In this document: piece after piece, positions 30,609-41,400 of the stretch
How positions within the stretch are numbered: position 1 is the first letter of the stretch
Layout: every line of letters starts with the position of its first letter
Assembly: GCA_037481775.1 (NCBI GenBank)
Contig: JBBFKZ010000008.1
Location: 1-64,000, forward strand
Direction: 5' to 3'
Source of the DNA: Candidatus Bathyarchaeia archaeon
GTDB taxonomy: Archaea > Thermoproteota > Bathyarchaeia > Bathyarchaeales > Bathycorpusculaceae
DNA: 64,000 nucleotides
Notes under the pieces: generated by a model
Told to the model about the DNA's origin: nothing
The model's database searches: none
The model's input: the letters and a program-made list of their open reading frames with translations, nothing else
Translations under genes and position numbers: made by a program

Positions 30609-31445
30609 CTATGCAATCGCCTCTGACTTTGCTGTTGCGGACAAGTTTTTCCACAGTCGACTGCCCGAAGACTCAGGCATCAGAGGCGTAACTTGCGGTC
30701 TATCCACCACAGAGTTAGTTACGCGAGCTTTAACTCCGTAGACTGCGGCAATGTTCTCTTCCGTCAGCACCATCTCGGGGGCGCCAGCAGCGAAGATACT
30801 GCCTTTCTTGAGCATGAGGATTCTATCGGAGAATCGGCTTGCCAAATTCAAATCATGGATGGCCATTATTACAGAGCAGTGCTTGCTCTGCGCCAGACAC
30901 TTAAGCATAAGCAGTATCTCTAGCTGGTGCTTAATATCCAGCGAACTAGTGGGTTCATCGAGAAGCAGAACCTGCGGCTCCTGCGCCAGAGCGCGGGCGA
31001 TAATCACTTTTTGTTGTTCTCCACCGCTTAGCTCGTTAAAATGGCGCATTGCAAGTTCCTTTATGCCCAAGAAAGCTAGGGTTTCTGCAATTATCTCGTA
31101 GTCGCGTTCACTTAAGCTCCAGTGAATGTATGGTTTCCGACCCATCAGCACTACATCGAAGACAGTAAAAGGAAACGCGCAAGCTGATGCTTGAGGAACA
31201 TAACCCATTATTTTGGATAATTCTTTGAGGTTAAGTTTGTTGATGTCTTTGCCGTCGATTAGGACAGTGTTTTGTCGAGCTTTTAGAATGCGGTTAATGC
31301 ATCGTAGTAGAGTGCTTTTGCCTGAACCGTTAGGACCTACTATGCTTAAAATTTCTCCGGCTTCCACGGCGAATTCAATGTCACTTAAGACGGCGATGCT
31401 TGCATAGTTGAAGGAAAGTTTGTTTATTACAAGTTTCAACGCCAA
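30609..31445 (-). CDS. BtuD/FepC-like ABC importer ATP-binding subunit
   Basis: GPNGSGKSTLL, GYVPQ, LSGGEQQKV, LLLDEPTSSLD, HDLNLASRF. Confidence 0.92.
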   Translation of the reverse strand: MALKLVINKLSFNYASIAVLSDIEFAVEAGEILSIVGPNGSGKSTLLRCINRILKARQNTVLIDGKDINKLNLKELSKIMGYVPQASACAFPFTVFDVVLMGRKPYIHWSLSERDYEIIAETLAFLGIKELAMRHFNELSGGEQQKVIIARALAQEPQVLLLDEPTSSLDIKHQLEILLMLKCLAQSKHCSVIMAIHDLNLASRFSDRILMLKKGSIFAAGAPEMVLTEENIAAVYGVKARVTNSVVDRPQVTPLMPESSGSRLWKNLSATAKSEAIA

Positions 31446-32512
31446 CTTTGCCTCCTTTTACTTATTAGAATGTAAAGGAAAAACGGTACACCAAGCAGTG
31501 AAGTTACAATGCCAACTGGCAACTCGGTAGGCTGCATTACCAGCCGCCCCACAGTATCGGAGCAGAGAAGTAGACAAGCTCCTACAAGGGCGCTGCATGG
31601 TATGAGAAAACGATGGTCGCTACCAATGAGCATCCGAGAAATGTGCGGAGAAATTAGGCAGATAAAACCAATTACGCCTGTGAATGCGATTATTGTGGCG
31701 GTTGCCAGCGTTTCCAAAACCATAGTTATTGCAAGGACACGTTTAGAGTTAACACCTAAGCTTGTTGCAACATCTTCACCCATGCTTAGCACGTTTATGT
31801 TCCAAGACTGAAAAATCATCAGAATGATTGTGACTAAGACTATAGGGAAAACAATTTGCACGCTTTCCCAATTTGCGGCATTAAGCCCTCCCATAAGCCA
31901 GAAAACAACTGCGCGAACAGCTTCATGCTCAGGCGCAACGTACTGAATTAGGGATAACATTGCTGAGAAGAGATAGCCAACAGCGACACCTGCTAAGATT
32001 ATGGTTTCAGGTGTCATGGCGCGTATGCGGGCGATACAATACACAAGCACCATGGCTAATACGCTGAAGAAGAAGGCGTTAGCAATGATCAAGTAGTGAC
32101 CATAACCCTCGATGATACCTACACCGAATACTATGGCTAATGCGGCACCGAATCCTGCCGCCGCTGAAATTCCCAATATGTATGAGGAGACAAGCGGGTT
32201 CCGAAGCACACCTTGCATTGTAGCTCCTGAAGCTGCCAGACCCGCGCCGGCGATTATGGCCAAAATGACCCGTGGCAAACGCAGATTCCAGATTATTATT
32301 TGAGTTATATTGGGGCCAGGATCTATTCCTAAAGAGGGAAAGAGCTTGGCTAAGATTACTTGCATGGCTTCGTTGAATCTTGGAGAACCAGCGCCTAGGC
32401 TGATTGAAATGATTGTAGCAGCTATTATGGCAAAAGAAACGGTGAGTAGGGCAAGAATTTTCCGCTTCTTGCCCGCACCGTAAAGCCTTTTAAGCTCAGC
32501 AACGCTGCTCAT
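31436..32512 (-). CDS. BtuC/FecCD-family ABC importer permease
   Basis: [41 protein letters not shown] at 32512 overlaps the upstream TGA (ATGA). Confidence 0.92.
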   Translation of the reverse strand: MSSVAELKRLYGAGKKRKILALLTVSFAIIAATIISISLGAGSPRFNEAMQVILAKLFPSLGIDPGPNITQIIIWNLRLPRVILAIIAGAGLAASGATMQGVLRNPLVSSYILGISAAAGFGAALAIVFGVGIIEGYGHYLIIANAFFFSVLAMVLVYCIARIRAMTPETIILAGVAVGYLFSAMLSLIQYVAPEHEAVRAVVFWLMGGLNAANWESVQIVFPIVLVTIILMIFQSWNINVLSMGEDVATSLGVNSKRVLAITMVLETLATATIIAFTGVIGFICLISPHISRMLIGSDHRFLIPCSALVGACLLLCSDTVGRLVMQPTELPVGIVTSLLGVPFFLYILISKRRQSWR

Positions 32513-33729
32513 GGATAGGCAAACACTCCCTGCACGGTTGTTCCGAAAAACTTTTGATAAAGCTCCGCGTGTACAGCATTTGGGTCTATGTCTGCAAAAA
32601 GCGTGGGTTGGCACCATTTAGCCCAGTAAAGGTAGCCGACTACGCTGCTTATTCCACCCCTGATGTCCCAATCGCAGATGTAGACCCGCCCGTTTTTAAC
32701 AGCATCAACATTAGTTAATTCAGGGCGGCTCATTATTGCGTCACGCTCAGCAATGAAGTCTGTTACATTGTGATTGGAGCTGCTGCTCATGCGGATAATT
32801 ATAGCAGGATTTTGTTCAACCACGAATTCAGGGCTCAGTACAGGTGCGTAGACCGTCTGGTTTTCAGCAATGTTGATGCCTCCAGCTTGATCTAGGCCGG
32901 GAGTAACAAACGTGTTATATGGTGCATACCACTCCAGCATAACCTTGGGTCTCTGCTCTTGAGTCAAATTTGCTAGGCGCTGCTTGACAAGGTTATTGTA
33001 GTATTGCACGTAACTAATGTATTCATCAGCCTTATTTTGGCCGCCAACTATCGTAGCCAGCTTGCTTAACAAGTTGCAGCTAAAGTCCACCACAGTCAAA
33101 TTTGAATGCTTAGTAGGTTCAGGATCAACGGGATCAGAGATGAAAATGGGTATGCCTGCTGCTTCCAGTTGGCTCATGGCTACAGTGTTATAGGGCAGCA
33201 TTGAATCGGCGAATATTACGTCTGGCTTGAGTTCCAAGATTAATTCAACATTTGGCAGGTAGGAGTTTTCACCAACCACTGGAATGCTTAGCACAGAGGC
33301 AGGCATGTTCGAAGAAGCGTCACGTCCAACAATTTTATCTTGGACACCTAATGCACAGAGCATTTCGGTTAAGCCATCATTGATGCTAACAATGCGATTA
33401 ACAGGCACTGTCAAAGTAACGTTTCTACCAGCACCATCCACTATGGTAATATTCTGAGGCACAATCGGCGTCGGCGTGGGAGTAGGGGTGGGAGTTGCTG
33501 TGGCGGTGGGCGTCGGTGTACTTGTCGGTGACTCCGTGGGTGAAGGTGTGCTTGAGGGTTCAGGGGAATTCATAGGAGTAGAGACGGGTGAAGGCGGCGG
33601 AGAAGGCGATGTTGATGGTGACGGGGACGGAGAAGGCTGCGGCGTGTAAAGCATGTTGTAGCCGCCGTAAACTGAAGCGACAATTACAGCAATTATAATA
33701 GCGGTAGCAGCAAGAACAATTCGTCTCAA
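32509..33729 (-). CDS. BtuF/FepB-like substrate-binding protein 1 (N-terminal TM anchor, P/S/T linker)
   Basis: [53 protein letters not shown] at 33729 follows GGAGGTGA. Confidence 0.88.
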   Translation of the reverse strand: MRRIVLAATAIIIAVIVASVYGGYNMLYTPQPSPSPSPSTSPSPPPSPVSTPMNSPEPSSTPSPTESPTSTPTPTATATPTPTPTPTPIVPQNITIVDGAGRNVTLTVPVNRIVSINDGLTEMLCALGVQDKIVGRDASSNMPASVLSIPVVGENSYLPNVELILELKPDVIFADSMLPYNTVAMSQLEAAGIPIFISDPVDPEPTKHSNLTVVDFSCNLLSKLATIVGGQNKADEYISYVQYYNNLVKQRLANLTQEQRPKVMLEWYAPYNTFVTPGLDQAGGINIAENQTVYAPVLSPEFVVEQNPAIIIRMSSSSNHNVTDFIAERDAIMSRPELTNVDAVKNGRVYICDWDIRGGISSVVGYLYWAKWCQPTLFADIDPNAVHAELYQKFFGTTVQGVFAYP

Positions 33730-33745
33730 TACCACTCACCTCCTT

Positions 33746-35743
33746 TCAATTATTGAAACGTTGTAGAGTATCAGGAAACAGGTTGCTGCGGACCGCGGAG
33801 ATAATGGGCGCTGCGCTAAGTTCTTCTAGCTGAAAATATTTGCCGCCCATTTCAGCGCATATCTGTTTCACGAGACCTAACGTGATGAAATTACGTTCAG
33901 TGTCTATGGCAATTGAATTTATTCCAGCTGTGCCTATTGCACGCGCTACAGCTTTTGCCTCTTCCACCGGATCGCCGCCATTTAGTGGAACATTTGCTCG
34001 ACCATCAGAAACCAAAACTAAAAGTGGAATTGTCTCTTTATCTCGCTGCATATACTCGCGGATAACTGTTAGCCCAAGATTTAATCCGTGAGCCATCGGG
34101 GTACGACCGCCCGTGGGCAAGTTAGCCAAGCACTTCTGGGCAAGATCGACACTGTTGGTTGGCGGCAAGACTAGTTCAGCGGTTTTTTTCCTAAAGGCAA
34201 CCATACCTACGCGATCGCGACGCTGGTACGCATCAAGCAAAAGAGAAAGTATGGCGCTTTTGGCGGCAGTCATTCTCTCTTCAGTAGCCATAGAGCCGCT
34301 GGCGTCAACCACAAACATGATCAGGTTGCCTACTTTCCTTTCCCGGACTTTTTCTCGTAAATCAGATTTTTCAATAAGCAATGCATTTGCTCCGCTGGAG
34401 CCGTTTCTTCGCTGAAGCTGGTAAGGTGCAGCAGCTCTCAGAGTAGCGTCAAAAGCCAAGTCAGTCACTTTCCCTTTAGGAATTGCGCTGTCTACATAGC
34501 GTCCTGTCTTGGCTTTGCTTCTGCTTTTGGATCGCCTTCCGGCGGAATTACGCGGCATCTGATCTAAAACAGGCGTGGATAGGCGTTTAACGGGATATGG
34601 TGATCCAGCGTTAAAGACTTGCTCTTTTTCAGGTGTCTCATTTTCTTGTGGTTGCTCATTTTCTGAGGAATCACTTTCAGATTGCGATTGAGGTGGTTCT
34701 TTATTTTGGCGCCAGTTCCGAACGCTTTCCTGAAGCTGCTGCTGCTCCAGCTTGGGTTCTTCGAAAGGTTGGCGCCGTCGCCGATGAGGTAGCGCTAGCT
34801 CGGCTGCTTCTATAATATCTTCCTCGGTAACTTCTGTGCGCCCTTTAAAAGCCGCGATGGTGCAAGCGGTTTTGTAAATTGTGATGTCGGCGCGGTGGCC
34901 ATCGACGCCGAAGTCTATGCAGATTCGCGTGATTAGATCAAGCATTTCATCGCTTAATTTCACGTTGGGCAGGAGCTTTCTGGCCTCTTCGATCTTGCGG
35001 CGCATTTGCTCTTGAGCACTTTGATACTCCGCGATGAATGATGCAGGGTCATTTTCGAAGGCAACGCGCCTGCGCACTATTTCAGCCCGCGCTTCTTTAT
35101 ACGGGATGCCTTTGACTTCGACTGAGAGCGCAAAGCGATCTAACAGTTGAGGACGTAGCTCACCCTCTTCAGGGTTCATTGTGCCTACTAAAATGAACTG
35201 GGCGGGGTGGCTGAATGAGATGCCCTCGCGTTCTACAAAATTTACGCCCATGGCTGCAGCGTCGAGTAGAACGTCAACGAGGTGATCGTCCAGCAGATTC
35301 ACTTCATCGATGTAGAGGATGTTTCGATTGGCTTCTGCGAGGATTCCAGGCTCGAAGTGTTTTTCGCCTGTTTTGATTGCTTTTTCAATATCAAGCGTAC
35401 CGACAAGGCGGTCTTCTGTGGCGCCGAGAGGTAACTCGACTACAGAAACGGATCTTTTGGTAACAGGGATTTTCTCGCCTTTAGTTACTCGTGCAACACA
35501 TGTATCGCACATATCTTTGGGACGCGCAGGGTCGCAATGAAAAGGACAATCAGCTACTACGTCAACTTCGGGCAATAGATTAGCTAATGCGCGCACCACC
35601 AAGGATTTGCCTGTGCCCTTTTCGCCGCGGAGTAGAACTCCGCCAATTTTTGGATTTATAACGTTAAGAATGAGCGCCAGCTTCATTTTTTCTTGTCCAA
35701 CTATGGCGCTGAAGGGGTAAACGGTTTTGGTTCGCCAACGCAT
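33746..35743 (-). CDS. ChlI-ChlD-like fused chelatase ATPase (AAA+ plus vWA), presumed partner of CobN
   Basis: [51 protein letters not shown], acidic linker, DASGSM MIDAS, GGRTP, VSDGRAN. Confidence 0.92.
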   Translation of the reverse strand: MRWRTKTVYPFSAIVGQEKMKLALILNVINPKIGGVLLRGEKGTGKSLVVRALANLLPEVDVVADCPFHCDPARPKDMCDTCVARVTKGEKIPVTKRSVSVVELPLGATEDRLVGTLDIEKAIKTGEKHFEPGILAEANRNILYIDEVNLLDDHLVDVLLDAAAMGVNFVEREGISFSHPAQFILVGTMNPEEGELRPQLLDRFALSVEVKGIPYKEARAEIVRRRVAFENDPASFIAEYQSAQEQMRRKIEEARKLLPNVKLSDEMLDLITRICIDFGVDGHRADITIYKTACTIAAFKGRTEVTEEDIIEAAELALPHRRRRQPFEEPKLEQQQLQESVRNWRQNKEPPQSQSESDSSENEQPQENETPEKEQVFNAGSPYPVKRLSTPVLDQMPRNSAGRRSKSRSKAKTGRYVDSAIPKGKVTDLAFDATLRAAAPYQLQRRNGSSGANALLIEKSDLREKVRERKVGNLIMFVVDASGSMATEERMTAAKSAILSLLLDAYQRRDRVGMVAFRKKTAELVLPPTNSVDLAQKCLANLPTGGRTPMAHGLNLGLTVIREYMQRDKETIPLLVLVSDGRANVPLNGGDPVEEAKAVARAIGTAGINSIAIDTERNFITLGLVKQICAEMGGKYFQLEELSAAPIISAVRSNLFPDTLQRFNN

Positions 35744-35765
35744 TCTGCATTCTCCCAGCTATATT

Positions 35766-35782
35766 GGTTGGATTATCCATTT
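35766..35782. promoter_or_regulatory. 17-bp palindromic operator copy A (chlID operon)
   Basis: GGTTGGATTATCCATTT, directly downstream (in transcription direction) of the TATA box at 35784-35789. Confidence 0.7.
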
Positions 35783-35795
35783 ATATAAATCTTGG

Positions 35796-35822
35796 TTCAA
35801 CTAAAATTTAATACAGGTTGAA
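35796..35822. promoter_or_regulatory. 27-bp upstream element copy A
   Basis: TTCAAC-taaaatttaatacag-GTTGAA, 6 nt from TATAAA at 35784-35789. Confidence 0.7.
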
Positions 35823-35916
35823 TACATAAAAGGGGGATAACAAAACCACGAAATAAGCCATAAAAAGTAAAAAAGGAAAATGCGTCCTTTACAACAATAG
35901 AGCCATTCAGAGTTGC

Positions 35917-37098
35917 TTATGGATACGTGAACACTCCAGTTAACTCAGCATTGAAGAACCTTTGTATGTACTCCGCATGTATCGCAGCAGGATCAATGTC
36001 TTGGAACAAATTTGGATGTAGCCACTTTGCGAAGTATAGCAAACCAATTACGTCACGATCAACCAACAGCACGCTTTTAATCACATAGACAGTACCGTTC
36101 TTCACAGCTTTTGTTTCGCTTAGCTCTGGCCTAGCTAATATGCTGTTTCTCAAAGTTTGCAAAGACGCTAAATCTTCACCATCCAAGTATGTGGACATCC
36201 GAATAACAATAGCAGGGTTAGCCTCGGCCACGAATTCTGCGCTCAACTGTGGACTGGAGGTACTGGCATTTTCAGCTATATTTATTCCACCAGCATCAAC
36301 TATCAGTTTATCGTAAGAACCACCTGGACCCGTGCTGAACCAGAGCTTGTACCATTCGAAGTAGACTAACGGTTTCTCGCTTCGTGAAAGAGCGGCAACT
36401 CGATTTTTAACCAGATTCACATAATACGTTTCGTAGTTTATGAACTCCGTTGCTTTCTGCTCTGCTTGCAATATCAAGGCTAAATTGCGTATGCACTCAT
36501 ATCTTCGGCTGCCTGTCAAGGTATCCTCCATAACGGCTATTCCCGCATCTTCTAGTTTCTTTCGGTTTTCATCGGTTAAGCGTTGGCTAGCAAGAACCAA
36601 ATCAGGCTTTAACTCAACTATCAGTTCAAGATTCGGTTCCATGTCAGTGCCTACGTCAGGTAATTCCAAAATTGACTTGGGCAGGATTGCTTCAGCGTCT
36701 GAGCTTAATGAAGCACTCCGCGCTACGACTTTGTCGCCTGCACCTAACACATGCACAATCTCTATCATAGTAAGACAAATAATGCGTTTCACAGGAACAG
36801 CTACGGTAACATTGGCGCCATTCGCGTCAACCACAGTGATGTTCGAGATCTGTGGTGCTTCCGGTGATTGGGTAGCGTTTGGTTCAATTGTTGGCGAAGG
36901 CGAGGGCGTTGGCGTAGCCGTAGAAGATGGTGTCTGCGAAGGCGTAGGAGAAGCACTGGTTGGGGATTGGATAGGAGATTGTGAAGGAGTTGGTGTTGGC
37001 GATGTTGATGGCGATTGCGATAGGATGTTGTAGCCGCCGTAAACCGAAGCCGCAACTACAACAGCAACAATAGCAGCCACAAGAATAACACGCCTCAA
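35917..37098 (-). CDS. BtuF/FepB-like substrate-binding protein 2
   Basis: Paralog of SBP1: TM anchor, P/S/T linker, PNLELIVELKPD, AGGINIA, AKWLHP, ends FTYP. Confidence 0.88.
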   Translation of the reverse strand: MRRVILVAAIVAVVVAASVYGGYNILSQSPSTSPTPTPSQSPIQSPTSASPTPSQTPSSTATPTPSPSPTIEPNATQSPEAPQISNITVVDANGANVTVAVPVKRIICLTMIEIVHVLGAGDKVVARSASLSSDAEAILPKSILELPDVGTDMEPNLELIVELKPDLVLASQRLTDENRKKLEDAGIAVMEDTLTGSRRYECIRNLALILQAEQKATEFINYETYYVNLVKNRVAALSRSEKPLVYFEWYKLWFSTGPGGSYDKLIVDAGGINIAENASTSSPQLSAEFVAEANPAIVIRMSTYLDGEDLASLQTLRNSILARPELSETKAVKNGTVYVIKSVLLVDRDVIGLLYFAKWLHPNLFQDIDPAAIHAEYIQRFFNAELTGVFTYP

Positions 37099-37188
37099 AA
37101 ACTATTCACCTCCTCATTATTGGTTATTGAAACTTTGTAAATCAAACAGATTGCTGTAATTTGCCAATGTTTGCGCGGCAACATGCTT

Positions 37189-37205
37189 GGATGGATTATC
37201 CATAG
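37189..37205. promoter_or_regulatory. 17-bp palindromic operator copy B (SBP2)
   Basis: GGATGGATTATCCATAG, 5 nt from TATAAA at 37211-37216. Confidence 0.75.
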
Positions 37206-37222
37206 TTTTATATAAACATTAG

Positions 37223-37249
37223 TCAAACTTGAGTTAAGATGAGGTTGAA
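37223..37249. promoter_or_regulatory. 27-bp upstream element copy B
   Basis: TCAAAC-ttgagttaagatgag-GTTGAA, 6 nt from TATAAA. Confidence 0.7.
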
Positions 37250-37386
37250 TAACCTAATCTACAAGCCTATATCGTTAAAAACGAACATGAGGAGCTTATT
37301 TAGCAGGTATACAAAGGAAAACAACTTTTATAGGAATTATAATGAAACTGAAAAGAACAGATGAGGCAAAGGCCGGGGTGTGTTAA

Positions 37387-37794
37387 ATGAGTGGAGAGAT
37401 GAGGGCATCGCTGTTTGCAAAATGCGGAATAAACTGCCGAACATGCGTTGGTTTTTTCGGCTATAAATTGAATGGCGAAAGAACAAATCCATGCGGCGGC
37501 TGCCAAACAAGGCAGGAAAAATGCACGTTCTTTAAAAAGCACTGCAAAAATCAAGCAAACAGAGAAAAAATCGAATATTGCTTTGAATGTGATGACTTTC
37601 CATGCGCTGAACTGAAGAAAATTGATGCATACTATAATCAGAAATATGGAACGAGTTTAATTGAGAATTTTATGTATATAAAAATAAACGGCTGGGAAAA
37701 ATTTCTGGAAGGGGAAGCAGAAAAATGGGAATGCCCGCGTTGTGGCGGCGTAATCTGCTCGCAAACAAAAAGATGTTACACATGTAATCCTTAA
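37387..37794 (+). CDS. DUF3795-like Cys-rich protein
   Basis: CGINCRTC, CGGC, YCFECDDFPC, WECPRCGGVIC...CYTC. Confidence 0.75.
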   Translation: MSGEMRASLFAKCGINCRTCVGFFGYKLNGERTNPCGGCQTRQEKCTFFKKHCKNQANREKIEYCFECDDFPCAELKKIDAYYNQKYGTSLIENFMYIKINGWEKFLEGEAEKWECPRCGGVICSQTKRCYTCNP

Positions 37795-37863
37795 AAGGGG
37801 CAAGATTTCAGGCGGATCAAGGCATTACTTAAAAATATAAAATATGAGAATGGGGTAGATTTT

Positions 37864-38388
37864 TTAATGCATGAATGTCGCGCGGGGGTTTTGTCCCAAA
37901 ATTTGTGCAACCGCTCGCAAACTTAGCGTGTCGCAAATCTTCTCCACGATCTGAACAGATTCCTCATCAGGTCCTGCTACAGCACCGCGCACTATGTAAG
38001 GGAAAAAGCCCTCATCATATGCAGCAAGATAAGTTGCTAGAACACAGTTCAGGGCGCTAAGCCCTATGAGAATTACAGTATCGCAGCCTTTATCCCGAAT
38101 CATATGGGCTAACGCCGTCTTGACAAAAGCGTTTTGATGAGTCTTAATAACTTTGGCATCTTCAGCCATCGCGGTTAAACTTGGGATAAGTTCAAACTCT
38201 TTTGTCCCGGGCACAATACCTCGCTCGGCATAGGAATGGTAAGTAAAGATGATCGGGGCGCACGCTTTTCGAAATATTGAGATCGCTTCGCTCATTGCAG
38301 TTATGCGCTCAGTCACTGATCGTTTCAGTCCTTCAGACAGTTCTAGCCAGCCATTCTGAACATCAATCACAATCAACGCCGGTTTCAT
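37864..38388 (-). CDS. Isochorismatase-like cysteine hydrolase
   Basis: ALIVIDVQN, KTHQNAF, GLSALNCV (D-K-C triad). Confidence 0.85.
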   Translation of the reverse strand: MKPALIVIDVQNGWLELSEGLKRSVTERITAMSEAISIFRKACAPIIFTYHSYAERGIVPGTKEFELIPSLTAMAEDAKVIKTHQNAFVKTALAHMIRDKGCDTVILIGLSALNCVLATYLAAYDEGFFPYIVRGAVAGPDEESVQIVEKICDTLSLRAVAQILGQNPRATFMH

Positions 38389-38451
38389 AGTAATGCGCTC
38401 CTATTGTGGTTATGCTTTATTCCCCTGATGTCGCTCATAAAGGAGTACTCA

Positions 38452-41400
38452 TCATTTCTTTTCATTGGTGCTTTCAAGCAAACCATCAACCTGCAAATAA
38501 ATCTGTTGTAGCTGCCTTTTCATATCCTCTGAGGCGTGCCACATGCCCCGTTCAATAGCTTCTAAAAGGCGTTCAGTCATGTTGTATAATGCGTAAGGAT
38601 TCACTTCTTTCAGCCACTCCTGCATTGATTTATCAAGGACAAATTTTTGCGCTAATTCCTCATACATCCAGTCTTCTATGACTTCTTCTGTTGCATCCCA
38701 TCCTAGCACGTAATCCATCTGTCGGGAAAACTCGGCGGCTCCATGGTAGCCATGTCTTTTCATGCTTTCAATCCACTTAGGATTAACGAGGCGGGCTCTG
38801 AAGCAATACTTAATCTCTTCAGCGGTACTTCTAATTTTAACTCTTTTGGGATCAGAAGTGTCCCCATAAAACGAGCGCGGCGCTTTCCCAGTAATCGTCT
38901 TGATGGCTACATCCATGCCGGCGTGATAAGAATAAGCATCGTCTATCTGTAAAGCGTCATATTCACGTTGATCCCAATTTTTTACGGTCAGTTCAACTTT
39001 GCTTAATCGTTTCTTAAACAAGTCAGGCGCTGTTAACCCAAAGTTTTTTCTGCCATAAACATAGCAACCCCAAGTGACATAAATATTTGCCAAATCCTTC
39101 TGGTCTTTCCAGTTTTTGGAATCTATCGCTTCATTAACGCCTGACCCGTAACCACCGGGTATATCGCCGAAGATTCTGTAGCATGCTTCTTCACGCGCCT
39201 TAACAGCATCGACGCCCTGCCCAATACGTTCAGCTATTTCCTCCTCCACATGTTTTATGATGTAGTTTTTGTCAGAAGTTTCTTTTAGTTCAGCAACTAA
39301 AGCAACGGCTTCGTCAATAAGATGAACAATGTTAGGGAAGGTATCTCTGAAAAGGCCACTTATTCGGACAGTAACGTCAATTCTCGGCCGCTTCAGTACT
39401 TCAAGCGGAATAGGTTCTAAGCCTATAACCCTACCGCTGGATTCTTCCCAGATTGGCTTAACGCCCATTAAATAGAGAATTTCAGCTATATCGTCGCCGT
39501 TTGTTCTCATGCAATCAGTGGCCCAAACAACAATAGCAACTGTTTCTGGATACTTCCCCTCTTCTTCCAGATACCGTTTTAGTAAGGCGTCGCCTAGTTC
39601 TACGCCAACCTTCCAAGCGGCAACAGAGGGCACACAACGGGGGTCTATTGAGTAAAAGTTGCGTCCGGTAGGCAAGATGTCGGCGTTACCGCGTGTTGGA
39701 GCACCAGAAGGCCCTGTTGGTACATAATTACCGTGACATGCAGATGTAGTGTTAGTTAGCTCTTCGGTTGTTGCATTCAATGCAGGAGCAAGAAAATTGG
39801 AAATATAAGATAGACAGTGCCGCAACTTGGCATTAACCTCGCCGAACAGTTCATAAAGCAAAGAATCAATTTTTTCTTCTTTGAAATTTACAGCATGGAA
39901 TCGGTTTATTAGTTCAAGTGCAAGTTGGTTCAACTCGTCAAGAACATCGCCATTAGTTCGGTTATCTTGACGCAGAGCACCGCGATTTGCCAGCAACTCT
40001 TCATAGTTGTAACCTTTCAATTCAGCCAATGACTGACGTAAAGAGGGAACACTGCCATTATCTAGCCGCGTCAATGCTACCAAAAACTCTTCTAGCCTCG
40101 AGTCCGTGGGAGGCTCGCCTAGCACATGTAATCCGTCTGTGATCTGCGCGTCAGATAATTCATTCAAATAGCCATGCAGCTGCTCTACAAAGGCATCAAA
40201 ATCCGCGAACGCCTCTTCTTTAGTGACTTCTAAATCGCTGTTGAGGTTAGCTTGAACTACGGCGTCCCAGATTAACTTCTTAAGAATTTCAAGTTTTCCA
40301 GGGTCAGCAGTTTTGGCATGATAATACTCTTTCAGTTGAACACAGATTTTAGCTAAATCATCATAGGAGTCAGCGTTATGCATTACTGGAATTAGATAAT
40401 CAACTAAACAGGCGTAACTCCGTCTTTTCGCGCATGTACCCTCGCCTGGATCGTCGATAAGATATGGGTAAACGTTGGGCAAATCGGAAATAACAATGTC
40501 AGGAAAACATGAAGCGGAAAGCCCAACAGATTTACCCGGCAGCCATTCCATTGTGCCATGTTTGCCAAAATGAATGATAACGTCAGCTTTGAAAACTTCC
40601 CGAATCCAACGATAATAAGCATAATAATGATGTGGGGGAGGAAGATCGGGGCTATGATAAATAGATGCAGGGTCAGTTGTGTAGCCTCGAGGAGGCTGGA
40701 GACCGATGAATACGTTACCATTAATTATTCCAGGAATTAATAGGTCGCCTTTGTAATTGAAAAGTTTCCCAGGTGGCTTCCCCCAATGCTTAACCAGTTT
40801 CTCTTTGACATCTACAGGCAACTCATCAAACCATTTAATGTACTGAGCAAGGGGGATTTTAGCCACAGCTTTTTCTGCAAGTTCATCAGGACTTAACCAT
40901 CTTTGATCATTAGTTAACCCGCTAATTATTTTTTCCATCAATTTCTGGCCGTTTTCAGGTAAAAACTCCAGTGAATAGCCTTGTTTCTGCATTTCTCGCA
41001 AGAGGTTTATAGCTGAAGCTGCAGCATCGAGTCCTGCAGCGCTACCAATATTGTCATTTCTTGGTGGATAGTTATGAAAAATCAGTGCAACCTTCTTTTT
41101 CTCGTTAGGAATATATCGCAGTTTTGCCCAGTTAATGCTTAATCTGACAAGCTTGTCAAGACGCTCAGGAATTATTACATGCGAGGTTATTTTTGCGCCG
41201 GTCACCGGATCTTTTTCAGAGATCTTTCTAGCGGCTATTGGCACAGTGATTACCATACCATCAAACTCAGGCATTGCAACATTCCATGCTACTTCAGTAA
41301 AACTTAATCCCAGTAGACTACTACACCACTCCTCAAAAGTGTTATATGTTACAATCGACTTGAGAACGGGAACCCCAAACATCTTAAAAAGCTCGTTAAC

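Noticed and set aside
33460-33645. Repetitive DNA in SBP1 (similar at 36880-37020 and 43200-43320)
   Set aside because: Codes for Pro/Ser/Thr linkers; not CRISPR or an independent repeat element.
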